Source of the DNA: a bacterium
GTDB taxonomy: Bacteria > SZUA-182 > DTGQ01 > JAFGSM01
Reading direction: 5' to 3'
Assembly (NCBI GenBank): GCA_049472335.1
Contig: JBLIRO010000064.1
Coordinates: 1-28,513 of the forward strand
DNA: 28,513 nt
Below, one piece after another: positions 16,369 through 24,725 of this stretch. Position 1 is the stretch's first letter, and each line of letters begins with the position of its first letter. Under the pieces are notes generated by a model that saw only the letters and a list, made by a program, of their open reading frames with translations, had not been told where the DNA came from and ran no database searches. The translations under genes and the position numbers were made by a program.

Positions 16369-16653
16369 ATGTACAAAATAGTCAAATTAAAAGTACTATC
16401 TGATTACAGAATCTGGATTAAATATAATGATAATACAGAGGGTACCCTTGATTTATCAAATCTTGTCGGCAAAGGTATTTTTTCATTGTGGAATGATTAT
16501 GAGGAATTTAAAAAAGTCACAATAGGAAGTATTGGTGAATTAAAATGGGGAGATAATATAGATTTATGCCCTGATTCCTTATATTTACAATTAACAGGGA
16601 AGGATCCAGAAGAAATATTTCCTAATCTTAAAAAGGAATCAGTACATGCCTGA
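16369..16653 (+). CDS. DUF2442 domain protein (putative toxin-antitoxin partner)
   Basis: DYRIWIKYNDNTEGTLDLS...LKWGDNIDLCPDSLY; AGGAAGGAG RBS; overlaps the next gene by 8 nt (ATGCCTGA). Confidence 0.85.
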   Translation: MYKIVKLKVLSDYRIWIKYNDNTEGTLDLSNLVGKGIFSLWNDYEEFKKVTIGSIGELKWGDNIDLCPDSLYLQLTGKDPEEIFPNLKKESVHA

Positions 16654-16906
16654 AATTTCAAGATTTTATGGAATAATTATAAAAATGTTCTTCAATGAGC
16701 ACAATCCTCCACATATACATGCAGTTTATGGAAATTATCAAGCGCTTTTAGATATAAATACTTTTGCTATTATATCTGGGAAACTGCCTCCAAGAGCATT
16801 TGGGCTTGTAACAGAATGGATGATGCTGCATCAGAATGAATTATTATCCTTTTGGGAAAAAGCAAAACATTATGAACCTATTGGGAAAATTAAACCTTTA
16901 AAATAG
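16646..16906 (+). CDS. DUF4160 domain protein (putative toxin-antitoxin partner)
   Basis: MPEISRFYGIIIKMFFNEHNPPHIHAVYG...GKLP...LVTEW..LHQNELL..W...KIKPL. Confidence 0.9.
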   Translation: MPEISRFYGIIIKMFFNEHNPPHIHAVYGNYQALLDINTFAIISGKLPPRAFGLVTEWMMLHQNELLSFWEKAKHYEPIGKIKPLK

Positions 16907-16957
16907 ACTTTCTAACAAGCGCCATAATTAGGTTAAAAATCATATAACACGGTAATT

Positions 16958-16993
16958 CATCTGATTTCACTTAGCCTGCTGTGATTCGTGAGT
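16958..16993 (+). repeat. 36-nt direct repeat copy 2 (attC-like left-arm remnant)
   Basis: CATCTGATTTCACTTAGCCTGCTGTGATTCGTGAGT, preceded by ATATAAC (16942-16948). Confidence 0.85.
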
Positions 16994-17186
16994 TCCCCTG
17001 AAATCTTGGTTTAATAACATTAAAATTGTGTTTTGATAAAGGACTAAAGTGGAATTATATCTCTAGGTCCGAAATAAAATACAAAATTATAGCTTATATT
17101 TTTGGATCATAAGCAAAAGGGAACTATGATACGTATTCTTATAACCTTAGGCACTTGAAAATTTAAGCCCCTTAGGCCCTTTCTCC

Positions 17187-18608
17187 TCACCTGACCAGAT
17201 ACCTTACTATATCATTGTAAACCACATAAACCATGAGGAGAAGAAGTATAACCATGCCTATTTGCTGGGCAATTTCCCGTGTTTTTATGCTTGGCGGTTT
17301 TCCGTGAATCGCTTCAATGCCGAAGAACAGGAGATGCCCGCCGTCAAGTACCGGGATAGGAAGCAGGTTAAGGATCCCCAACTGGAGACTCAAAAAACCC
17401 ATAAAATAGATAAGCTCGCCCATACCGGTTTTTGCTGCCTCACCCGCCACATGAGCGATCATGATAGGACCTCCCAATGATTTTGGAGACGCTTTCCCGG
17501 ACACCAACTTATAAAGAAATTCAAGGGTGATCGTTAATAGCCTGTAAGATTCTTTAAATCCTGCTATGGTGGACCCAACGACGCCGTATTTCTTGAGGAC
17601 GGTTTCCTGATACTGGCTGATTCCGATAAGGCCGTATTTTATGACTTCTACGCTGTTTTCAGCCTCATCGATTGTTCCGTTTCCCTCCTGAGTACCTGAA
17701 AAGCCAAATAGTCCCTTTACCCAAATAATAAACCTCGAAATATAAGAAGGCCTGTCTTCTGATTCAAATGCCACCGGTGTGACAACTACATCGAATGTTT
17801 CACCATCCCGCTCAATATCTAATTTGACAGACTGCTCAGGCCGCTCATGTATCATTTTGGCGAGCTGAAACCAGTGGTTTACGGTTTGTCCGTCAATGGC
17901 AAGGATCTTATCCCCTACCTTAAGGCCGGCCTTTTCAGCAGGGAATCCTGGATTAAGCCCCCCTATCATTGGTGGAATGTAACGGTCGATTCCGAGCCTT
18001 CCCATTCCTATAGATGCAATCTCTTCTGTGGTAGCATTTAAGACAAGCCTTTTTCCATCTCTTTCAACCTCAATGGCCATTTCAGTGTGAGGACGTGTTG
18101 CCACCAGTGTTTCAAGAGTCTGCCAGTCCGGGACTTCCTTTCCGTTGATAGAAAGGATTAAATCACCAATCTTAAGTCCGGCTTTCTCCGCGGGTGTGTT
18201 TGATTCAATCCACCCGATAACCGGCTTGGACTGTAAATATGCCGGGACTTGCCTGCCCAGGAAGAATGGAAGACCAAGGAATATAACAGCAAGTATTAAA
18301 TTCATAAGGGGACCGCAAATAACTACCCGTGTTCTCTCCCAAATGGAACGGGAACCGAACTCCCATGGCTCTCCTTTTAACGGTTCTTCCGGGTTTTCGC
18401 CCGTCATCTTTACATAACCTCCGAATGGAAGCGCGGAGATACGGTATTCCGTATCCCCGTAAGTATGTCCTATAATCTTGGGACCAAATCCAAGGGAAAA
18501 CCGCTCGACCCGGATACCAATCCATTTGGCCATTAAAAAATGACCAAGTTCATGAACAAAGATCAAAATACCCAGGACCACGATAAAGGCAATAATTGTG
18601 GTCATCAT
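17187..18608 (-). CDS. rseP: RIP metalloprotease RseP with two PDZ domains
   Basis: HELGH (HExxH), FSLGFGP, PFGGYVKM, two PAEKAGLK.GD.I..I.G PDZ motifs, NLLPIPVLDGG. Confidence 0.96.
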   Translation of the reverse strand: MMTTIIAFIVVLGILIFVHELGHFLMAKWIGIRVERFSLGFGPKIIGHTYGDTEYRISALPFGGYVKMTGENPEEPLKGEPWEFGSRSIWERTRVVICGPLMNLILAVIFLGLPFFLGRQVPAYLQSKPVIGWIESNTPAEKAGLKIGDLILSINGKEVPDWQTLETLVATRPHTEMAIEVERDGKRLVLNATTEEIASIGMGRLGIDRYIPPMIGGLNPGFPAEKAGLKVGDKILAIDGQTVNHWFQLAKMIHERPEQSVKLDIERDGETFDVVVTPVAFESEDRPSYISRFIIWVKGLFGFSGTQEGNGTIDEAENSVEVIKYGLIGISQYQETVLKKYGVVGSTIAGFKESYRLLTITLEFLYKLVSGKASPKSLGGPIMIAHVAGEAAKTGMGELIYFMGFLSLQLGILNLLPIPVLDGGHLLFFGIEAIHGKPPSIKTREIAQQIGMVILLLLMVYVVYNDIVRYLVR

Positions 18609-19771
18609 TTTATTTCTCCTTCGATAATCTCTTTAGCCGTGTTTTTTGCCCATTGATCGATCTTAAGGGCGTCCTCGATTCCGAGGTTCGATTGCGGCTT
18701 ATGTTTATCTAAACAAGCTCTTATAATCTTCGGGATATCCAGATACCTAATCCTTTTAAGGCTAAATGCCTCAACAGCTACCTCATTGGCGGCATTCAGC
18801 ACCACCGGCAGGCTTTCCTCCCCTTCCAGGGCCTCATAGGCGAGTCTGAGGCAGGGAAACCTTTCTTCATCAGGGGCGGAAAAGGTCAACTGCCCTGTCT
18901 GGACAAGATCAAGATAGCACCAGTTACAGGGTAATGATTCCGGATAACCAAGGGCCTTCATTATGGGAAGCCTCATATCGGGCACACTTAATAATGCTAT
19001 CACAGACCCGTCCTTATATTCTACCATAGAGTGTATGATACTTTCAGCATGTATTATTACTTTAATCATTTTTGCCGGTAAATCAAATAACCACCTGGCC
19101 TCAATAACCTCTAATCCCTTATTCATCATGGTAGAAGAATCTATGGTTACCTTTTTTCCCATCTGCCATACCGGATGATCAAGAGCCATATCCGGAGTAA
19201 GTCCTTCCATCTGCGCCAGGGTGTAATCCTTGAACGGACCTCCGGACGCTGTCAAAATGATCCTTAAAACCTCTTCTCGCTTCCTGCCCATAAGGCAATT
19301 AAATATGGCGGAGTGTTCACTGTCCACCGGTAAAATTTGAACTCCCTTGTCTCTGGCCAGATTTGTAATGATTCGACCTGCCATTACTAGTGATTCTTTA
19401 TTGGCAAGGGCCACATCGTGGTTAGAGTTCAGTGCCCAATAGGTTGGCAAAAGTCCCAAAGATCCGCTGATTGCAACCAATACGAGATCCGCGTCCGGAG
19501 TGCTGGCAGATTCTCTAAGGCCCTCATGGCCTGTCAAGATAGTCAGGGAGTTGATTCCGATCTCTTTCCGTAGCGCCCTTTCTTCTTTTTCACTTGGGAC
19601 AGAAACAAATAAAGGCTCGAATTCCTTTATCTGTTTTGCCAGCAGCCCGACATTTTTACCAGCGGCGAGTGTGATGATCCGAAACCGGTCTTTGAAACGC
19701 CTTACAACATCCAAAGTGTTTGTGCCGATTGATCCTGTTGAGCCAATGATGCTTAATCTTTTCACATCCAT
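18605..19771 (-). CDS. dxr: 1-deoxy-D-xylulose-5-phosphate reductoisomerase
   Basis: GSTGSIG, LANKESLV, LPVDSEHSAI, LTASGGPF, HPVWQMGKKVTIDS, NKGLEVIEA, NAANE. Confidence 0.97.
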   Translation of the reverse strand: MDVKRLSIIGSTGSIGTNTLDVVRRFKDRFRIITLAAGKNVGLLAKQIKEFEPLFVSVPSEKEERALRKEIGINSLTILTGHEGLRESASTPDADLVLVAISGSLGLLPTYWALNSNHDVALANKESLVMAGRIITNLARDKGVQILPVDSEHSAIFNCLMGRKREEVLRIILTASGGPFKDYTLAQMEGLTPDMALDHPVWQMGKKVTIDSSTMMNKGLEVIEARWLFDLPAKMIKVIIHAESIIHSMVEYKDGSVIALLSVPDMRLPIMKALGYPESLPCNWCYLDLVQTGQLTFSAPDEERFPCLRLAYEALEGEESLPVVLNAANEVAVEAFSLKRIRYLDIPKIIRACLDKHKPQSNLGIEDALKIDQWAKNTAKEIIEGEIK

Positions 19772-19831
19772 TTTATAATAAAAAAACCTTTTTTGTTTTT
19801 TTCATCTTATTTTCTAGTAATAGTTCAACTA

Positions 19832-19972
19832 ACCACAGAGACACAGAGAAAAATCAAAAGACAAGTCTCTTGATTCCATCAATGCCGATGAACTTCTATC
19901 GCTGCACCAATTATCTGCTCTGTAAGTTTTCCTTCTAAAATCATTTCTCAGTGCCTCTGTGTCTTCGTGGTG
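19832..19972 (-). mobile_element. Miniature inverted-repeat element carrying an internally deleted GxxExxY gene
   Basis: 17-nt inverted repeats at 19832-19848 and 19955-19971 (15/17 match). The interior minus strand encodes MILEGKLTEQIIGAAIEVHRH (ATG 19944) fused out of frame to DGIKRLVF-stop (ends 19854). AACTA lies on both flanks. Confidence 0.75.
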
Positions 19973-19974
19973 AA

Positions 19975-20790
19975 CTATCCTCTCATTGATGTTATTGTCA
20001 GATAATAAAATACGGGCGCACTGAATATTAAACCGTCAATTCGGTCCAATAAGCCACCGTGCCCGGGTAAGATATTCCCGCTTTCTTTTTCACCCGCCCA
20101 TCTTTTCAATACGGATTCAGTGAGATCGCCAAGTTGTCCGAAAATTCCGACTGTCAGGCCAATAAAAGGGTAGATTGCCAGGGATACCCCTGGGAGCCAG
20201 AAAGGGCCCAGACAAAGAGCGGCCATAATACTGCCGAGAAGGCCCCCAAACATACCTTCTAGGGTCTTTTTGGGACTTATGGTCTTGCACAAGGGATGCC
20301 TTCCAATCAGACTCCCCGTATAATAAGCCAGGGTGTCTCCACTCCAGATGATTGCCAATATTAAAAAGATAAGATATTTGCCGTCATTCAGCCCCCTGAT
20401 CAGTATTAGAAAGCCCATCATACATGGGATATATAGAAGCCCGAGGAGGGTTGAGCTCAATCTTGGAATCCTCTCGGACAAAGGCAGGGATGATGTTAAG
20501 GTATTTAGAAAGAGAACCAGCGCCGAGCAAATCAGTGCGAGAAAAATGAAATCGTATCTTTGAAACATAAAAGTTGCGGTTAAAACTATGCTCAGCAGGA
20601 TACCCGATTTTTTAAAACAGGGCATGCCTCCTTTATCCATAAGGAAATAAAACTCCTTCATTGAAATAAGGATTAATCCGATAATAAAGATATTAAAGAG
20701 CAGTCCCTTTCCCAGATAAATTAGAAGGATCAACAGGGGTAAAAGCAGTATCGAGGTGAGTACCCTTTTCATATGGGTGTTAATGTTCAT
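19975..20790 (-). CDS. cdsA: Phosphatidate cytidylyltransferase
   Basis: WSGDTLAYYTG, ISPKKTLEG, GDLTESVLKR, ILPGHGGLLDRIDG; highly hydrophobic. Confidence 0.95.
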   Translation of the reverse strand: MNINTHMKRVLTSILLLPLLILLIYLGKGLLFNIFIIGLILISMKEFYFLMDKGGMPCFKKSGILLSIVLTATFMFQRYDFIFLALICSALVLFLNTLTSSLPLSERIPRLSSTLLGLLYIPCMMGFLILIRGLNDGKYLIFLILAIIWSGDTLAYYTGSLIGRHPLCKTISPKKTLEGMFGGLLGSIMAALCLGPFWLPGVSLAIYPFIGLTVGIFGQLGDLTESVLKRWAGEKESGNILPGHGGLLDRIDGLIFSAPVFYYLTITSMRG

Positions 20791-21604
20791 CTTTTTCCCC
20801 GCAAACGCCCGTTACGCGGCCAAAGCGCCGCTCCCGCTTTTGATAGTCGATCAGTGCGCGAAAAAATTCATCCCTCCTGAAATCCGGCCAGAGGGTCTGA
20901 GTGATCCAGAATTCAGCATAAGCCAATTGCCAGAGAAGGAAATTGCTGATTCTCATTTCTCCGCTGGTGCGAATGAGCAAGTCAGGTTCAGGAAGACCTT
21001 TAGTATAAAGATGCTGACTGAATAGTTCCTCGTCTATCTGGTTTGTACTTATTTGGCCGTTTTCGACCTTTTTTACAATTTGCCTGACGGCATGACAGAT
21101 TTCTGTCTGCCCGCCATAGTTCAGGGCCAGGTTTAAGATCAGCCCTTTGTTTTGCCTTGTTTTTTCAAGAGCATATGACAGCATGTCCTGGACGTTCGGC
21201 GGAAGACCATCCAGGGCGCCAATGGCCATGAGGCGAATGTTATTTTCCATCATCTCCGGGATTTCCTTTTTCAGGTATTTCACCAGAAGCCCCATCAAAG
21301 TGTCAACCTCTTTTTTGGGCCTTTCCCAGTTTTGTGCGGAAAAGGCATAAAGGGTCAATACCTCCAGGTTTATTTCGACACTTGCTTCCACGATATCCCT
21401 TACTGATTCAATACCCGCGCGATGTCCGGCCACGCGGTTCATTTTTCTGCTTCTGGCCCACCTGCCGTTTCCGTCCATTATGATAGCCACATGGCGAGGC
21501 ATCTTTTCAGGCCGAATAAGGGCCTTTAACGGATCCGTATCTGTCATTGATGCCGTTGTTTTTTTATTAAAGATCCTTTTTAGCACAGATGCTGGTTTAT
21601 CCAT
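20780..21604 (-). CDS. uppS: Undecaprenyl diphosphate synthase (cis-isoprenyl transferase)
   Basis: PRHVAIIMDGNGRWA, YAFSAQNWERP, LALNYGG, PDLLIRTSGEMRISNFLLWQ, ERRFG. Confidence 0.97.
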   Translation of the reverse strand: MDKPASVLKRIFNKKTTASMTDTDPLKALIRPEKMPRHVAIIMDGNGRWARSRKMNRVAGHRAGIESVRDIVEASVEINLEVLTLYAFSAQNWERPKKEVDTLMGLLVKYLKKEIPEMMENNIRLMAIGALDGLPPNVQDMLSYALEKTRQNKGLILNLALNYGGQTEICHAVRQIVKKVENGQISTNQIDEELFSQHLYTKGLPEPDLLIRTSGEMRISNFLLWQLAYAEFWITQTLWPDFRRDEFFRALIDYQKRERRFGRVTGVCGEKDEH

Positions 21605-22515
21605 TGATGGGCCTTGCTAATATCCTTTTTTATTTGTTCAGTCAGTTCCTGTGGTGAAGGAAATGCTACTTCATCCCTGATCCTTTTTTGAAAATATAAA
21701 CGAAGCTTCTGCCCATAGAGATCCTCATTCAGGCTGAATATATATACTTCAATACCCATATCTCCACCCTTACAAAAGGTAGGTTTGGTCCCTAAATTCG
21801 CAAGCCCGTGCCATTGTCTCCCTTTCCTCCCTACCTTTACAAGATATACCCCTTTTGGGGGAATGACTTTGGAAACCACTTTCAGATTGGCAGTGGGATA
21901 TCCCATATGCCATCCCCGGCCGGTTCCTTTGGTAACCTTGCCTGTGATGCAGTATTCATATCCCAGAAGTCGGTTTGCGGCCTCAATTTGACCCTCCTGA
22001 ATTTTCTTCCGGATCAAAGAACTGCTAATGACCTCTCCGTTTATTTTCAAGAGGTCTGTTTTGTTTACAATGAAACCGTATTTCTCCCCCAGACCCTTAA
22101 GAGAGGCAATAGACCCAGCTTTTTTGTGGCCAAAAGCGAAGTCTTTCCCTGCAAAAATCTCACTCACACCCAGGGTATTTATAAGGATATCCTTCACAAA
22201 CCGTTCCGGGTCAAGCGTTGCCAGACGTCTATCGAATCTTGCCAGTAGAAGGATGTCTAGTTTCCATTGAGATAACAGGTCAACACGCTCGTGAAGTGTG
22301 GTAAGCAGAAGTGTTGGGGAGTCGGGTGTCAAAACCCATCTTGGATGGGGATTGAATGTAAAAATCATCCCTTTTCCACTGATCTCTGAGGCCCTTTCAG
22401 TCATTTTTTTGATGACCCTTTGATGTCCGAGGTGCAGGCCGTCAAAATTACCCATTGATAGACACAGCTTGCAGGAGCTGGGTTTAAAGTTATGAAGTCC
22501 TCTAATGATAATCAT
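21580..22515 (-). CDS. ribF: Bifunctional riboflavin kinase/FAD synthetase
   Basis: GNFDGLHLGHQ, TFNPHP, ISSSLIR, GYPTAN, NLGTKPTF, RIRDE..F. Start moved from 22578 to the ATG at 22515 (MIIIRG). Confidence 0.95.
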   Translation of the reverse strand: MIIIRGLHNFKPSSCKLCLSMGNFDGLHLGHQRVIKKMTERASEISGKGMIFTFNPHPRWVLTPDSPTLLLTTLHERVDLLSQWKLDILLLARFDRRLATLDPERFVKDILINTLGVSEIFAGKDFAFGHKKAGSIASLKGLGEKYGFIVNKTDLLKINGEVISSSLIRKKIQEGQIEAANRLLGYEYCITGKVTKGTGRGWHMGYPTANLKVVSKVIPPKGVYLVKVGRKGRQWHGLANLGTKPTFCKGGDMGIEVYIFSLNEDLYGQKLRLYFQKRIRDEVAFPSPQELTEQIKKDISKAHQWINQHLC

Positions 22516-22587
22516 ATTCTTAAAATCATTATATTTTAAGCCCTTTTTGTTGTCAAACAAAGGGAAAATAAAAAACATGGGGAATAA

Positions 22588-23508
22588 TCAGTTTTTTTTG
22601 CCTTTATCTTTTGGGATAAAAATGTTGTTGTTAAGATCCGGGATTTCTTTTTTTAAAAACGACTTCAGCTTCTTGATCAGTTTGGTTTCGGTATATCGGA
22701 TAGCCTCCCTGGTCTTGCGGAATCTGCTTGCTATCTCCTGAAGTGTAGCGGGCTTTTCTTCGAGAAGTCTTTCTTCAAGGATGACTTTTTCCCTCTCGGA
22801 GATACCCTCTTTAAATTTTTCAATCTTTTGACTCAGCATGTTTTGCATCTGGTCTCTAGCAGTCTCCTCTTCAGGGGAGCTAACGCTATCCGGTAATATA
22901 TCAATTAGGGTTGCTCCTCTTTCATCGTCGCCGGTTGTTGCGTCAAGGGATAGATCTCCGTGTTCTATGGTTTGTGTCATCTCTATAATCTCAGCTTCGT
23001 TTGATCCAAGTCTTTCAGCAAGGAGTTTTGGCCCCGGAAATATACCCATGGACTCCAGTCGGGCCTTTTCCTTTTGTAGATTGTAAAAGAGTTTCCTCCT
23101 TTTGTTTGTCGTGCCAACTTTCACCATTCGCCAGTTATCCAGTATATATTTGAGTATATAAGCCTTTATCCACCAACTGGCATAGGTGCTGAAGCGGACA
23201 TCCCTGTAAGGATCGAATCTCTTCAATGCTTCCAGAAGTCCTATATTCCCCTCCTGAATATAATCCAGAACATTTTGATGTTTAACCCGAAATTCCATAA
23301 CCAGTTTTACTACCAATAACAGATTAGATGTTATCAATACATAGGCAGCATGTTTGTCTTTATATTTCCAGTAGCGAATTGCAAGCTCATGTTCATGTTT
23401 TTTGGTAAGCAGTGGATATTTCTTGATCTCTTCCATATATCTTAGAAGAGGATCATAGGGGACAATCGATGAATATTGGGCGATTTTTGTTGATTTTTTA
23501 CGAGGCAA
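22588..23508 (-). CDS. Alternative sigma-70 family factor, RpoH/sigma-32-like
   Basis: Region 1.2 DPLLRYMEEIKKYPLL; region 2 DYIQEGNIGL..A..RFDP..RFSTYASWWIKA; RpoH-box-like RRKLFYNLQ; region 4 TLQEIA...TREAIR; TTG start with AAGGAG RBS. Confidence 0.88.
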   Translation of the reverse strand: MPRKKSTKIAQYSSIVPYDPLLRYMEEIKKYPLLTKKHEHELAIRYWKYKDKHAAYVLITSNLLLVVKLVMEFRVKHQNVLDYIQEGNIGLLEALKRFDPYRDVRFSTYASWWIKAYILKYILDNWRMVKVGTTNKRRKLFYNLQKEKARLESMGIFPGPKLLAERLGSNEAEIIEMTQTIEHGDLSLDATTGDDERGATLIDILPDSVSSPEEETARDQMQNMLSQKIEKFKEGISEREKVILEERLLEEKPATLQEIASRFRKTREAIRYTETKLIKKLKSFLKKEIPDLNNNIFIPKDKGKKN

Positions 23509-23513
23509 GACGG

Positions 23514-24719
23514 TTACTCCTTTTCTGACAAAACCTCTATTGTAATGCTGTTTTCCCCTTTTGAAACCGGATTGAATCGATATTTTCCGATCTTTAATTC
23601 CCTTATTGTTTGAGTAAAGATATCAAATGTTGTGTAAATGGGATAGAGCCCTTCTGATGATGGCCCTGCGTAAGCAGAATGGCTGATTATTTTTTCGATT
23701 AAGCTGGCCGCCAGATTCCCGCGTACGTTTTTTAAGATGAGGGCTACACGTATGGGCTCAAAGCTGAACCCCATGTTAAAAAGATCGTTGCCAAGGATTT
23801 CCAGATCGATAGAGACCTCAATAGAGAGTTCTATAAATTTGTCATTTTCCGTCATGTCGAGGACTTTATAGGATCGTATGAAATTAGTAGGATTTAATCC
23901 TTCCGGATAATGGTTTAGTTCGATACCCAGGTTGAAAATGCCAATAAAGACAGCCTTTTCAAAAAACATCTGGATGGCTTCATCCTGATAATTGATAAAG
24001 TCCGTAGCTTTTTTTCTTTCGGCCCTTAAGGTTTCCCTTTGGCCGGCTATATCCTCTTCAAGGGGGGAAATCCTTTTCCTGGCAAGTTCGTTAAATCTGT
24101 CCACAAAACCTTCCCTTTCCCAGACACGCAGCTTGATCTCGTATTTAAGGATCCTGTCTTCCAACTGGAGTGTTATTATGTTGCCTGTTTCCAGACTGGA
24201 AATGACCTTTGAAGGGAGTGAAGTTTTTTCCGGCTCGGGAATGACTGGGGCAACGGGGGGAGGGCTGACGACTTTAGAGGGTGATTCCGCTGAATCCGGT
24301 TTGCCGGGTGGCTTCGGCATAGAAGGTTCTTCGACGAGTCCCAATTCCCTTTTTCTTTCCTCATGACGCCTTTCAGCATCTTTTAGCCGGCTCGCTACCT
24401 CCGGAGCTTGCTCACCATCGGGCGCCACTTCCAGGTAACGCCGATAGTAATAGATGGCATTAACTAAATCTTCAAAATCCAGATCATAGGTGAGCCCGAG
24501 AAAGTAGAGCACCTCGGGAAAATCAGGATAAATTCTCAATGCTCTATCATAGAAACGAACCGCTTCTTCCATGTCTCCGCGCATAATAGCTCTATCCCCC
24601 TCTTCTTTCAGCTCGAGTGCTTCTTCAGGTATGCTTTGAGCCGGACTTTGGTGGGGAAGTGCCCAGAAAGACATGCATATAATCAGGATACAGAGTGTCG
24701 TACAAAAAAGGCCCCGCAT
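23514..24719 (-). CDS. Exported TPR-repeat protein with a Pro-rich linker and an unassigned C-terminal domain
   Basis: Signal peptide; TPR-like EEAVRFYDRALRIYPDF..V.Y.LG..Y and AIYYYRRYLEVAP; PKPPGKP...PPPVAPVIPEP linker. Confidence 0.8.
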   Translation of the reverse strand: MRGLFCTTLCILIICMSFWALPHQSPAQSIPEEALELKEEGDRAIMRGDMEEAVRFYDRALRIYPDFPEVLYFLGLTYDLDFEDLVNAIYYYRRYLEVAPDGEQAPEVASRLKDAERRHEERKRELGLVEEPSMPKPPGKPDSAESPSKVVSPPPVAPVIPEPEKTSLPSKVISSLETGNIITLQLEDRILKYEIKLRVWEREGFVDRFNELARKRISPLEEDIAGQRETLRAERKKATDFINYQDEAIQMFFEKAVFIGIFNLGIELNHYPEGLNPTNFIRSYKVLDMTENDKFIELSIEVSIDLEILGNDLFNMGFSFEPIRVALILKNVRGNLAASLIEKIISHSAYAGPSSEGLYPIYTTFDIFTQTIRELKIGKYRFNPVSKGENSITIEVLSEKE

Positions 24720-24725
24720 GGTAAA

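Noticed and set aside
16285..16993. 36-nt repeats as a CRISPR array
   Set aside because: Only two copies, 637 nt apart with genes between them, and no cas genes
19832..19971. Inverted repeat as a simple intrinsic terminator
   Set aside because: The arms are 106 nt apart and enclose recognisable coding remnants, inside a same-strand gene run
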